Source of the DNA: Rhynchopus sp. YZ270_cl-10 | Lineage: Eukaryota | NCBI GenBank assembly: GCA_964035575.1 | Contig: OZ037835.1 | Span: 1,116,001 to 1,180,000, forward strand | Reading direction: 5' to 3' | Length of the DNA stretch: 64,000 bases | In this document: positions 23,331-34,640 of the stretch, one piece after another | How positions within the stretch are numbered: position 1 is the stretch's first letter | Layout of the letters: the number at the start of each line of letters is the position of its first letter | Program-made: the position numbers and the translations under genes | The notes under the pieces: model-generated | The model's input: only the letters and a program-made list of their open reading frames with translations | Told to the model about the DNA's origin: nothing | The model's database searches: none

Positions 23331-24977
23331 AAAGAAAGCTTTTTGATAAAAATTAGCGAAATACAAAAACCAGCGCGTGTGGAAGAAAAAAGGAGAGGAA
23401 AATATTTTTTCTGATTCAAAGTGGTGTTTACGTTTTGGGTACGGGGCGGAGAATAAAATCTGTTCGATAAAAGAAACGCGAGCTTATTGTTTTATCTTGT
23501 TCACAAAAAAAAGTATCAAATGCGTATAGAACATAGGGTACTTGGCAAGAGACAAATAAAAGTAGGAATAAAGGGAGAGAGGCATGAGAGGGGAATGTGT
23601 TTGCTTTTATTTGAACGCACCAGAGACACGGTTGTGATGCCGTTGTGATGTAAAGAGCAATACAAGAAAATATATCTGAGGGGTTGGACCGTTTTGCTGC
23701 TGCAGTTTTTTTTGTTTTTTTTGTTTTTGTGTTGTCGACAATCGCCTAGACGACCCCAGAGGGGATGCCTAAGGTCTGTACTCATCGTTGGCCGGAGCCT
23801 TTGTACTACTTTTTTTTTTGAGGGTGGGCGAGATAAAATAACCAAACGTAAAACTCAGAACGAAGAGAAAAAACCTACCATACAAAACAAAAACAAAAAA
23901 AAAATCCTAAATCCAAATAACGTGCCAGAGAAGGGTAGGGCGAACCCTGGCCGCATCGAAATACACACAAAAAAAAATACCATACAAAAAAAAAAAGACA
24001 ACGTTGAAACCAGAGCTCGCGCTAAAGTCCATCCCTCATCCCGGGATTTTTGGGGGTTTTGGTAGGAACGTTTTTTTTTTTGCAGTACGGGGATTTCATT
24101 AAGAAACCAGAAGTTCTAATATTGTTGAGTAAGACCACCACATAGTGGACTTGCATATACATGTGACCCCGCCGTGGAACGCAATTGGCTCGGAAAGTCA
24201 AAAGAAAGAGGAGAAAAAAGAAAAGGAAAAAAAAAAAAAGTTGGTTACCGTGCGCCTGCGGCGCTGCCTGTTCCCTTCCAGTTTCTACAGGCAAACACTT
24301 GCCCCCTTTACCTTACACTGACGGGTTTTGACCAAAACCAAGAACTTGTCCATTTCGGCAAATTGACCCCACCACAGAACGGACGAATTCCGGAAATGCA
24401 AATGCCGGTGTTTTCGCGCATTTTCATGTTGCAAGACGTTCAGGATCAGGGAGAGAAAATCTGGTTGTGGGATTTACATTGGCCCTCTTTACCCACATGG
24501 ATTTTGACCAAAACCAAAAAATTGGCCATTTCGGCAAAGTGACCCCACCACAGCGCGGACGGATTCCGGAAATTCCAATCGCGGTATGTTTTGGGGCTGA
24601 AAACCCACTGATTTTCAGGAGAAAAATTGCTTCCAAATCTCGGAATTTTCCGAATTTTCCTGAAAATGACCCTTGTTTACGAGTATGGGTTCATATTTTG
24701 CGAAAATTTAAGTCACTAAAATTTTGTCCATTTTTCCGTATATACCCCACCACAAGCCGGGATTGGCCCGGAAATGCCACAAAACGGGGTTTCCGGGCCT
24801 CCCCAGCTAACCTTTTCAAGGAACGTTTTTCCGTACCCGAAATCCATTTTTTCCCCATTTTTTCCCATAATTAGCGCGACCACTGGTTGAAACTGCAGAG
24901 ACCTCTTGGTGTGGGTAATCTACTTTATTAATCGACTTTATTTACGAGACATGCCATGAGCATTAACTTTTGCGAGG

Positions 24978-27900
24978 CTAGAGTTTGCTCGGATCAGCAT
25001 CTTTCTCAATTGCATCCGACTTCGGCTTTGGCGATGATGAAGGAAACTCACACTTCGGGATCTCACGCTTCAGGATCTCGGCACGGATACATGCCATCAT
25101 CTGCACGAACCAGAGTCTGTTCTTAGGGCTCAGTAGGCTCACTCCGTAGTCCTCACCAGGTTTCAACGCATCCATCGGGACGTACTCGACCTGTCAAAAC
25201 AAAGAGGAAGTATAGGAAGTATACAATAAAAAAATAATATTCACGACAGAATTGAACTCTGTGAAGTAAGAATAAAAGCTTTTCTTAAGCGTTGAGGACA
25301 ACCTGCGTCTAAACCTTTTGATTCGTGAAGCACAAAGGCTTCGATCGACACGGCGACAGATCTCCACCCGTGGGGTAGAGTAATTTTGTTGATACGGGGG
25401 GGGGGGGGGGTAGGTGGGGGCAAAACCCCTATTTTTTTGAGGCATTTCGATTTTTTTGGATTTACGTGCAAAGTACCCGCAAACCACCGAAAATTTCGGG
25501 TCAGAGATGGTTTTGGGGTGTGGTTTGGGGGTGTTCTATAGGTGAGACACCCCAGAGATACAAAAAAATGGAAAAAAATAGCAAAAATAGACCATTTTGG
25601 CCGTTTGGGCCATTTTGGTCAAAATGGCCATTTTTGACCAATATTTCAAAAAAAAAAGCAAAAATTTGTCATCATTAGGCCTGTCTGGGCACAAATATGC
25701 CCCAAAAATGTCCCGCGAGTCCATTCCGACCTGTTTTGAACACATTTATCGCCTTTTTTGGTGTTTTTTTGGTGTTTTGAGGTCAAAAAAGATCCCCTGA
25801 CTATCCCCTGGCAGCCCTGGGCCGCGACTTGCGCCCTGCTTTTGGACCCCCTCTGGGCCAAAAAATGGGTGAAAACCCTCGAAAAAGCACTCCGGGGACC
25901 CAGATAGTTCCATATATCCACCAGAAACCCACCCAAACACCTCAAAAACATGCCAGAAAAATATTTTCAAAAACACACTTTTTTCAAAAAGTTCATCTGG
26001 GCAGGTTCCATAATGACTTATTTGAAAAAGTGTGTTTTTGAAAATGTTTTTCTGACATGTTTTTGAGGTGTTTTTGAGGGTGTGCGGTGGAAATTTGGAA
26101 CTATCTGGGCTCCCAGAGTGCTTTTTCGGAGGTTTTCGCCCATTTTTTGGCCCAGAGTGGGTCTAAAAGCAGGGCGCAAGTCGCGGCCCAGGGCTGCCAG
26201 GGGATAGTCAGGGGATCTTTTTTGACCTCAAAACACCAAAAAAACACCAAAACAAGTGCCTAAAGTGTCCAAAACAGGTCGGAATGGACTCACAGGACAT
26301 TTTTGGGGTAGTTTTGTGCCCAAGCAGCTGTCATGATGTCGAAATTTTGCTGTTTTTTTGATTTTTTTCTCAAAAAATGGCCATTTTACCCAACATGGCC
26401 AAAACCGTCAAAAGCCACTTTTTCACTATTTTTTTTGCATTTTTTCATATGGGTCGATTTCAAACCCCCCCCCCCCCCCCCCCAAAAGTTCTTTTTTGTC
26501 TTTTTCATGATATAGGCAGTTTTTTTGCAGTCTGAGGTCCGGAACCGCCCCAAAAACGATTTTCTGGGAGGTTTTGGGTGGTTTTGGGGCGAAATGGACC
26601 TTTTTTGACCATTTTTATGGTATTTTTAGGCTGTTTTTGGCCCTTCTTCTTACACAGCCTATTGGGGGTCAAAATAGCTATTTTTGACCAAAAAACACAA
26701 TTTATTTGACGCCAGGAGGCCTCCGTTGGCCCAAATATATCCCAAAAATGGGCTGTGAGCCCAATCCGACCTGTTTTGGGCACATTTGGCACTTTTCTTG
26801 GTGCTTATTTGATGTTTTTTGGTCAAAAATAGCTATTTTGACCCCCAATAGGCTGTGTAAGAAGAAGGGCCAAAAACAGCCTAAAAATACCATAAAAATG
26901 GTCAAAAAAGGTCCATTTCGCCCCAAAACCACCCAAAACCTCCCAGAAAATCGTTTTTGGGGCGGTTCCGGACCTCAGACTGCAAAAAAACTGCCTATAT
27001 CATGAAAAAGACAAAAAAGAACTTTTGGGGGGGGGGGGGGTTTTGAAATCGACCCATATTCTGAGGTGCCCTAATCATGGATTTTCGGGTCTCAGGGTGT
27101 TTCTGACCCATTTCTGGGGGGTATGAGGGGTGTTGACAGGTTTTTTGCTCACAAAACCACTTTTTCCAAAAATGCCTCACCCGTCCTGAAGGTTTTGCCC
27201 CCCCTAGGCATACTGTGCAGGCGAGCCGTTTTTAGGCGAGTTTTTCGTTTTCCTGATTTTCAGGAAAAACTCGCCAAAAACTCGCCCTACTCGCCCATTA
27301 CTCGCCTATTACTCGCCAAAACTCGCCAAAAACTCGCCAAAACTCGCCAAAAACTCGCCTAAACTCGCCTAAACTCGCCCACATTTGGGTGCAAATCCTG
27401 GTGCACATACGCACCTTGGGGGTGAAAATGTGCACCAGGATGTGAAAATGGAGGGCGGGGGTGACTGATGACAACATGCCACTCGAAAACACACAAAAAA
27501 ATTGAAAATGTGTCACTTGTACGTCTAACGGCAACCATGTCACGGCAGTGGCTGACAGGTATGTATGTAAACATTTGCTCCAGGGGAAGATCCAGGCGTG
27601 CCATAGATCCCGGGTGACAAGACGTGCTACAATCCGGAGGATGACGAAGACATGAGCCGGGGCTACACTCGCTATACAACAATGTCCTCGCCATGCCGGT
27701 AAATGGCAACCCTGCAGGCCACCCCTTGGCGGTATTCCCCACGACTACATCGCACCCATCTGTGCAAGCTTCATGGATCCGCAGAAGCTAACTGGTGGTA
27801 CTGGTTGTGGAAGCCTACAAAGCAAACTGTAGAGGTCTTGTTCAAGTGGAACGAAAAAAATTTTCTCTTCAAAACTCAAATTTCCCTCATATTTTCGTGT

Positions 27901-28941
27901 GTACATTTTTCCCAAGGTAAAATCCCTACCTAAAAAAAAAACTCGCCAAAACTCGCCCCCCAAAAATAGGCGAGTTTTAGGCGAGTTTTTGGCGAGTAGG
28001 CGAGTTTTTTTTACTCGCCCGCACAGTATGCCTAGGGGGGGGGGGGGGGGGGAAAGGCAAGTTGATACCTGCAGCTTGGTCTCTGGGATGACACCCTTCT
28101 CGCACACGTCCTCGATCTGCGCTGCGGTCATCTCCAGCTTGAAGAAGGCAACCATGTGGTCGATCAGGCGGACTGCGTACACCTCACATGGCTTATACTT
28201 TTTCGTCTTGTTCCGGTAGTGCGCTGAGATCATCTCCCCGATGATTTGAGCAGCAGAGCGCTCCAGCATCCCCTCAGTCACTTTCAGCTTGCCTGTTTTG
28301 TCCTTCGACAGTTTGTCCTCCCAGATGAACACAATTTGATCTGATGCTTCGCTGTGGCGTTTTGCCACGTAAACGTCAGCCTCGCTGTTGATCGGCATCC
28401 CGGCAAACTTGAAATCGATTGGTTGGCAGGTGATCGTGAACCCCTTGCTATTGAACCCACATAAGATTATCAGTTGCATGGCCAACACATCCGGGAACTT
28501 CTCCGAAGCTTCAGACACTACCCGGGTTTCAGGAATCGTGTGCTGACGGAGGACTTGCTGCAGCTTTACGAAGGTGTCGTCCACATAATCCTTGACCTGC
28601 CATAAACCTTCATGAGGCACACCCTTCAGGTCCAGCTTCCACTCTCCTTTGAAGATGTCGTCCCTTCTGGCAGGGCACTCGGCAAACACTCTCTCTGCCG
28701 GGAACAAGTCGATGGTATCGAGGTTGTCCTTGGGGAACCCGAGCCCAGTCTTAAATACCATGTCGCAAATGGGTTCTACCCAGTCAAGGTGCCACTTGCT
28801 AGTGGGGTGAAGTCCCTCCCCCTGCGGCTTCCTAAAGTGAGTCAGGTCGATGCTCTTCTGTGACAACACCGAGCTAACTGAGAACGACCGCACAACAGGT
28901 GATGATAACCTGATGATACGTGCGAATGGGTTCCGATGCAT
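24978..28941 (-). CDS. Two-exon PD-(D/E)xK (restriction-endonuclease-fold) protein with predicted mitochondrial presequence, 361 aa; exons 28941-28069 and 25190-24978
   Basis: ATG at 28941 (MHRNPFARIIRLSSPVVRSFSVSS). Phase-0 donor CAG|GTATC at 28068 and acceptor TTTTGACAG|GTC at 25191 give ...ETKLQ|VEYVPMDALK.... Motifs ADVYV, WEDK, AQIIGEMISA, VAFFK. Confidence 0.75.
25411..27206. mobile_element. Foldback-2 copy 2, in a poly-G tract inside the nuclease-gene intron
   Basis: Homologous to 9654-10842. G runs on both sides (25396-25410 and 28035-28052, the latter beyond MITE-1 copy 3). Confidence 0.85.
26451..27055. mobile_element. Foldback-4 (GGGTCGATTTCAAA termini, ~245-bp arms), TSD ATAT (or AT)
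   Basis: ATAT at 26447-26450 and 27056-27059. Empty site TTTCATATTCTGAGG is visible in foldback-2 copy 1 at ~10686-10700. Confidence 0.9.
27207..28032. mobile_element. MITE-1 copy 3
   Basis: Same TIRs; located in CCTAGG at the right end of foldback-2 copy 2. Confidence 0.9.
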
Positions 28942-28959
28942 TGTGTTTGTGTTGTAAAC

Positions 28960-29015
28960 CTGTAGTGGGTCTGTGTCATGTATAGGAGAGAGGTAGAGGA
29001 GGGTAGAGGAGAATT
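28960..29015 (-). promoter_or_regulatory. Polypyrimidine tract + AG acceptor 18 nt upstream of the ATG (candidate trans-splice or 5'UTR intron acceptor)
   Basis: Minus strand reads TTCTCCTCTACCCTCCTCTACCTCTCTCC...CCACTACAG|GTTTACAACACAAACACAATG. Confidence 0.5.
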
Positions 29016-29595
29016 TAAAAAAAAGAGGGGCTGGGAGGGGTTCGTTTGTTTGTACATGCCTAAGGCATTCCAAAAGGCAGACAGTGCACCTCTTCGCAAA
29101 GAAGGGATGTGAGCAGGCGGAAGCCTGGTCTGACAAAAAAAAAAGTTTATCGTTTGATAATCACCTTCGGATTCCCAACACATTTGCTTCTGCAACACAT
29201 CACAGTCATGATCTTGCTCCCAACACTGCCACTTGAGCTCACATCTCTAGTCTTCGTTGTTGCTGTTCTGTCAGACATGTCTTTTCTCTTATCGTCCTGG
29301 AAATACAATCTCGTCAAAGTTCCTTCGATACTTCAGTTCAGGGATAATTGGTTGGTTGTCGATCATGACAAAGTTGTACCTGGGCAGACCATCATGAACG
29401 GCCATGAGGGGAGAAGCTTTGAGTGTTGATCGTCTACAGCTGGCTTTGTCTTCTCAACATAATTGTGGATCATTTTCAATAAGAAAATGCAACTGAACAA
29501 CACATCAAGTCTCGAGAAACTCCTTCTTGATATTGGTAGACTGAAGGACTCCATAGCACACCAACGCTCTGATGCTCTAAATGAGCAAGGTGTCT

Positions 29596-30552
29596 ACGCA
29601 ACCAACGCAACGCAACCGATGCATACGTAGCGATCTGTATGCAACGAACGCGACGCAACCAACGCAACGCAACCGATGCATACGTAACGATCTGTATGCA
29701 ACGAACGCAACGCGTGCAACGCAACGCAACCGATGCATACGTAACGATCTGTATGCAACGAACGCAACGCATCCAACGCAACGCAACCGATGTATACGTT
29801 ACGATCTGTATGCAACGAACGCGACGCAACCAACGCAACGCAACCGATGCATACGTTACGATCTGTATGCAACGAACGCAACGCAACCGATGCATACGTA
29901 ACGATCTGTATGCAACGAACGCAACGCAACCGATGCATACGTAACGATCTGTATGCAACGAACGCAACGCATCCAACGCAACGCAACCGATGTATACGTT
30001 ACGATCTGTATGCAACGAACGCAACGCAACCGATGCATACGTAACGATCTGTATGCAACGAACGCAACGCAACCAATGCATACGTAACGATCTGTATGCA
30101 ACGAACGCAACGCAACCGATGCATACGTAACGATCTGTATGCAACGAACGCAACGCAACCGATGCATACGTAACGATCTGTATGCAACGAACGCAACGCA
30201 ACCGATGCATACGTAACGATCTGTATGCAACGAACGCAACGCAACCGATGCATACGTAACGATCTGTATGCAACGAACGCAACGCATCCAACGCAACGCA
30301 ACCGATGCATACGTAACGATCTGTATGCAACGAACGCAACGCGTGCAACGCAACGCAACCGATGCATACGTTACGATCTGTATGCAACGAACGCGACGCA
30401 ACCAACGCAACGCAACCGATGCATACGTAACGATCTGTATGCAACGAACGCAACGCGTGCAACGCAACGCAACCGATGCATACGTAACGATCTGTATGCA
30501 ACGAACGCAACGCAACCGATGCATACGTTACGATCTGTATGTAACGAACGCG
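29596..30552 (+). repeat. AACGC-rich minisatellite (43/58-bp variant units)
   Basis: Core GCAACGCAACCGATGCATACGTAACGATCTGTATGCAACGAAC; related to the family A/B central repeats. Confidence 0.95.
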
Positions 30553-31266
30553 TTCCAAAAGGCAGCCCGGCTGCGGTGGGGTGCTCAGTCTCGCGCCAGT
30601 TGCGTGGTTAAACCAGTCTGTGTGGGTTTTTGGGTGGTTTTTACCCACCAACGCCTTTACCGTTTTTTGCTGTACAAACATGGGTTGCGTGGCACTGCAA
30701 AGGGCACGTGTGCACGACTGTGTATGACCCATACGTGGTCAAAACACTCCGTAGATGCGTTTCGCACGCCGCATGCACGCGTATGCCTCCTAAAAACCGG
30801 TTTCTGTGTGGTTTTTGACCACAAACGCCTTTGCCGTTTTTACGTGTAAAAACGTGGTACTGCAAAGGCACGTGTGCACCTCTGTATATGACCCATATAT
30901 GGTCATAACACCCCCTAGATGCGTTTCGCACGCCGCATGCACGCGTATGGGCCCTAAAAACCGGTTTCTGGCCCAAAAACCCGCCTAAACAGGTGCTTTT
31001 TTTTTACACGTTTTTACAGCAAAAAAAGTACTAGGCGGTTTGCGACCAAAAAATCGGGTTTCGAGTTAGGTGGTCCAAAAACGGCCTCCTGAGCGCTGTA
31101 ACCGCAGTGTGTCGTTTCCGGGCCAGTATGAGGCCATTCGTACCACTTTTCCAGGTTTTGGAGGCTGTTCGCCGATTTTTGGCATTTTCGGAATTTGGCC
31201 ATCTTTTACCTCTTACTTACCTTAGCAAAAACGACCCCTTTTTTTGGTCGGGGGTTCATGGCCCCA

Positions 31267-32007
31267 TTTCCTTAACACTCGGTGTTAAGGTCTTTAAGGT
31301 TGCTTCAACACCACACACCCCTTAACACCCCCCCCCGGTCCCCCCCCCCAGGGGTGGGTTTCGGCCATTTTTTTTCAGGTCTCTAAACCTCCAGAGAGGT
31401 CAAAAAAGTGGATTCTTGGGAAGATAGGAGGTTTTTTTTAGGGTTTGCAAATGAGAAAGACCTCCAAACCCTGACAGACCCTGAAACCAGGGTGTCGCGA
31501 GTACCCCTTTTTTACACGTGTTTCTTAAGGGTTCTACAGGGTTCTACAGGCAAAACAGGCGTTTTGGCCAGAATCGCGGGTTTTCAGGCAGGTGACCGGG
31601 TTTCCGGCTTGGGAAACGTGCCAGAGCGGTGTGAGAACCATGCGTGGGGGTTTGTAACCACTCGTTGTGTTGGTTGCGTTGCATGCGTTGCGTTCGTTGC
31701 GTACACATAGCTACGTACACACCGGTTGCGGTGCGTTGCATGCGTTGCGTTAGTTGTATAGAGATCGTTACGTACAGAGCGCAACGTACAGAACGGTTGC
31801 GTTGCGTTGGTTGTGTTCGGTTGGTTACGTTCGATGCGTTGCGTCGGTTGCATTCGTTCCGTTCACATCGTTCCGATCTGAACGGAACGATGTGAACGCA
31901 AGAAACGTATCGCATCGTTTGTGTTGGTTGGGTTGTGTGCGTTGCAAACCTTTCATACATCAACCACACCAGCCAGTGAGTGTTAAGGATTGCCAAAAAA
32001 AACTAAA
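31267..32007 (+). mobile_element. Family A element, uninterrupted (741 bp)
   Basis: TTTCCTTAACACTCGGTGTTAAGG...GAGTGTTAAGGATTGCCAAAAAAAACTAAA; directly followed by a family B start. Confidence 0.8.
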
Positions 32008-34640
32008 TTCTAGAAAACACTTGTGTTTTCTAGTTTTTAACCCCCTGCGCGTGGTTTAAAAAACTCCCCCTAAGTCACCCCCCCCTCCCTGGTGGATCCG
32101 ACCAAAATCGACCAAAAATCGGTTTTTTTTTCAGGGTGTAGAAGCTTCGCCCAGCTCAAAAAACTGTTTCTTTGGAAAGATCGGACACTTTTTGGGGGGT
32201 GTATAGGCTCAGCGAAGCGTTAAACCGTTAGAGACCCTGACACCAGGGTGTCACGAGTACCCCTTTTATACACGTGTATCTTAAGGCTTCTACAGGGTTC
32301 TACAGGCAAAACAGGCGTTTTGGCCAAAAACCCCGTTTTTCAGGCAGGTAAACGTGTTTGTATCCCTCAGGGTACACTTTATACCCTCCCTTACGCAAAA
32401 ATTATTCCCTATAGGGTGTAAAATTTACCCACTTTATCTCCCTCCTGCTCACTTTATCTCCCCAGGGAGATAAAGTGAGCAGGAGGGAGATAAAGTGAGC
32501 AGGAGGGAGATAAAGTGAGCAGCAGGGAGATAATAGCTATTTCCCTCCCTCCGTCCGGCGCCCTAGGGATTCACGAGTGCGGAAGAAAAATGCCCGAGGG
32601 CCGAAGGCCCGAGGGCGTTTTTTTTACGCACGAGTGGATCCCGAGGGCCCGGGGAGGGAGGGATGAGGCTTTCCCTCCCGCGGGTGAGGGTTTCCGACCC
32701 TTAAAATACAAAAAAATGCCATTTTACAGCCTGTAAAGTAAAAGCCCGGTGCAATCACTTTACAGGCTGTAAAGTATCGTATCAATAAATATGTGATGCT
32801 CAAAACATCAAAATTTTTCGGTTTTTCGCATTTTTGGGCTGGTCTGCGACCAAAAAAAAAAATTTTTTTTGGCTGAAAAATGTCTTTGCCAAAAAAAATT
32901 TTTTTTGGGAAAGTAAAAATCCCGCCGACTTTACTTTCCCGATCCCGCCGGGAGGGAAAGTGAGCAGGAGGGAGATAAAGTGACCAAAAATTTTTTTTTG
33001 GCAAAGACAAATTTCAGGTGAAAAAAAAAATTTTTTTGGGCTCAGATTGGCCCAAAAATGCAAAAAAACGAAAAATTTTGATGTTTTGAGCATCACATAT
33101 TTATTTCCTGGCCATTTTGTGAATAAAATACCCCCCCTGTACAGTTTGTATGGGCCAGCACCTTAGCAAAAAATCGAAAAATCTCAAAAAAAAAATTTTT
33201 TTTTTCGAGAAAATTTCGACCCTTGACCTGGGTTTTTGGGCACCAAAAAATGCAAAAAAACGCAAAAATCGGGTGTTTTGACCATCTGTGGTTACACAAA
33301 ACACACTTCTGTGTACAAGCGCACACCAATACAGTGGTTATACAAGGCGATTTTTGACCAAAAAAAAAAATTTTTTTTTCGCCCAAAATTTGCCGTGGTA
33401 CCTCATAAAATGGCCCAAAGAATCCAATGAAAACCTCAGATTGGGCAATAGCTATTTCCCTCCCTCCGTCCGGCGCCCTAGGGATTCACGAGTGCGGAAG
33501 AAAAATGCCCGAGGGCCGAAGGCCCGAGGGCGTTTTTTTTACGCACGAGTGGATCCCGAGGGCCCGGGGAGGGAGGGATGAGGCTTTCCCTCCCGCGGGT
33601 GAGGGTTTCCGACCCTTAAAATACAAAAAAATGCCATTTTACAGCCTGTAAAGTAAAAGCCCGGTGCAATCACTTTACAGGCTGTAAAGTATCGTATCAA
33701 TAAATATGTGATGCTCAAAACATCAAAATTTTTCGGTTTTTCGCATTTTTGGGCTGGTCTGCGACCAAAAAAAAATTTTTTTTTTGGCTGAAAAATGTCT
33801 TTGCCAAAAAAAAATTTTTTTGGGAAAGTAAAAATCCCGCCGACTTTACTTTCCCGATCCCGCCGGGAGGGAAATTATGAAAAAAATTTTCAACTCAAAT
33901 TTTCAACCAAAATACGGTCAAAAGTCGCCCAATAGGCTCGCTTCGCTCGCCTATTGAGCTCATTCTGTGGGTTAGGGTCCGGTTTTTTTTCTCGTTTTCC
34001 CGTTTTTTTTTGAAAAATTGCCAAAAAATCAAAAATAATACCCAAAAAGTCACAAAATTCTGAAATTTTGAATTTTTCCCTGATTTTTTTCAGAAATTTC
34101 AAGAAAAATGACAAGGATTCTGGTCTACAGTAGCCTGTATAAGAGACCCTACATAGGGCCTTATAAGCCATTTTTTTTGCTTCGGGAGGTCAAAAGTGCA
34201 CCCTTTGGGATACAAAATTACATATTTACCCCCGGTGAGTTCACTTTATCTCCCCTCGGGAGCCAATATTTCCCCTCGGGCCCTACGGGCCCTCGGGGAA
34301 ATATTGGCTCCCTCGGGGGAGATAAAGTGACTCCCCGGGGGTAGAATAAATAACTATTGCGGCTTGGGAAACGTGCCAGCGCGGTGTGAGAACCATGCAT
34401 GGACCACACACGGCACGAGTTGCAGCAGCCCACCGAAGGTGGGCTGCGTTTGGTACCCACTCGTTACGGTTAACGCGTGTATCGCTTGCAACCGTTGTGT
34501 GCATGTGTAGACGCAAACGGGTTGCCCGCACAACAGAGACGAGCCCTAGTCCACCGAAGGTGGGCTGCGGTTTTTAAGCACTGGTTGGGTTGGTTGCGTT
34601 GCATCCGTACGTACGGAGTGCTTGAGTTGAGTTGCACGAG
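32008..34640 (+). mobile_element. Family B element head (its central minisatellite and nested inserts appear to run to the window end)
   Basis: Hairpin TTCTAGAAAACAC-TT-GTGTTTTCTAG. Body matches 47841-48330. Interrupted at 32361 and resumes at ~34357. Confidence 0.75.
32361..34356. mobile_element. Composite DNA-transposon insertion (TA...TA ends, probable 3-bp TTG TSD)
   Basis: Flanks GTTTG|TATCCC and TAACTA|TTGCGG versus empty GTTTGCGG at ~48217. Internal GGAGATAAAGTGAGCAG repeats in both orientations. ~430-bp direct duplication at 32532-32960 and 33447-33872. Confidence 0.6.

Larger units (their letters stand above)
17146..23503 (-). mobile_element. Degenerate tyrosine-recombinase retrotransposon with split direct repeats (Ngaro/PAT/VIPER/TATE-like)
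   Basis: Repeat A (170 bp) at 23334-23503 and 19756-19925; repeat B (166 bp) at 19926-20091 and 17146-17311. Read on minus this is A1-coding-B1-A2-spacer-B2. YR and RT/RNaseH relics lie inside. Confidence 0.6.

Noticed and set aside
24030..24870. Probable additional repeat element (internal ~180-bp duplication; motif shared with 676-693)
   Set aside because: Termini and TSD could not be defined.
27745..29136. Single-exon 463-aa protein as given in the ORF track
   Set aside because: The C-terminal ~107 aa read through a G run into MITE-1, and the first 65 aa cover a pyrimidine tract. The spliced model fits better.
29140..29580. Possible degenerate coding relic on the minus strand (EGTLTRLY..., Cys-rich end)
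   Set aside because: Multiple stops and too little similarity to name without a search.
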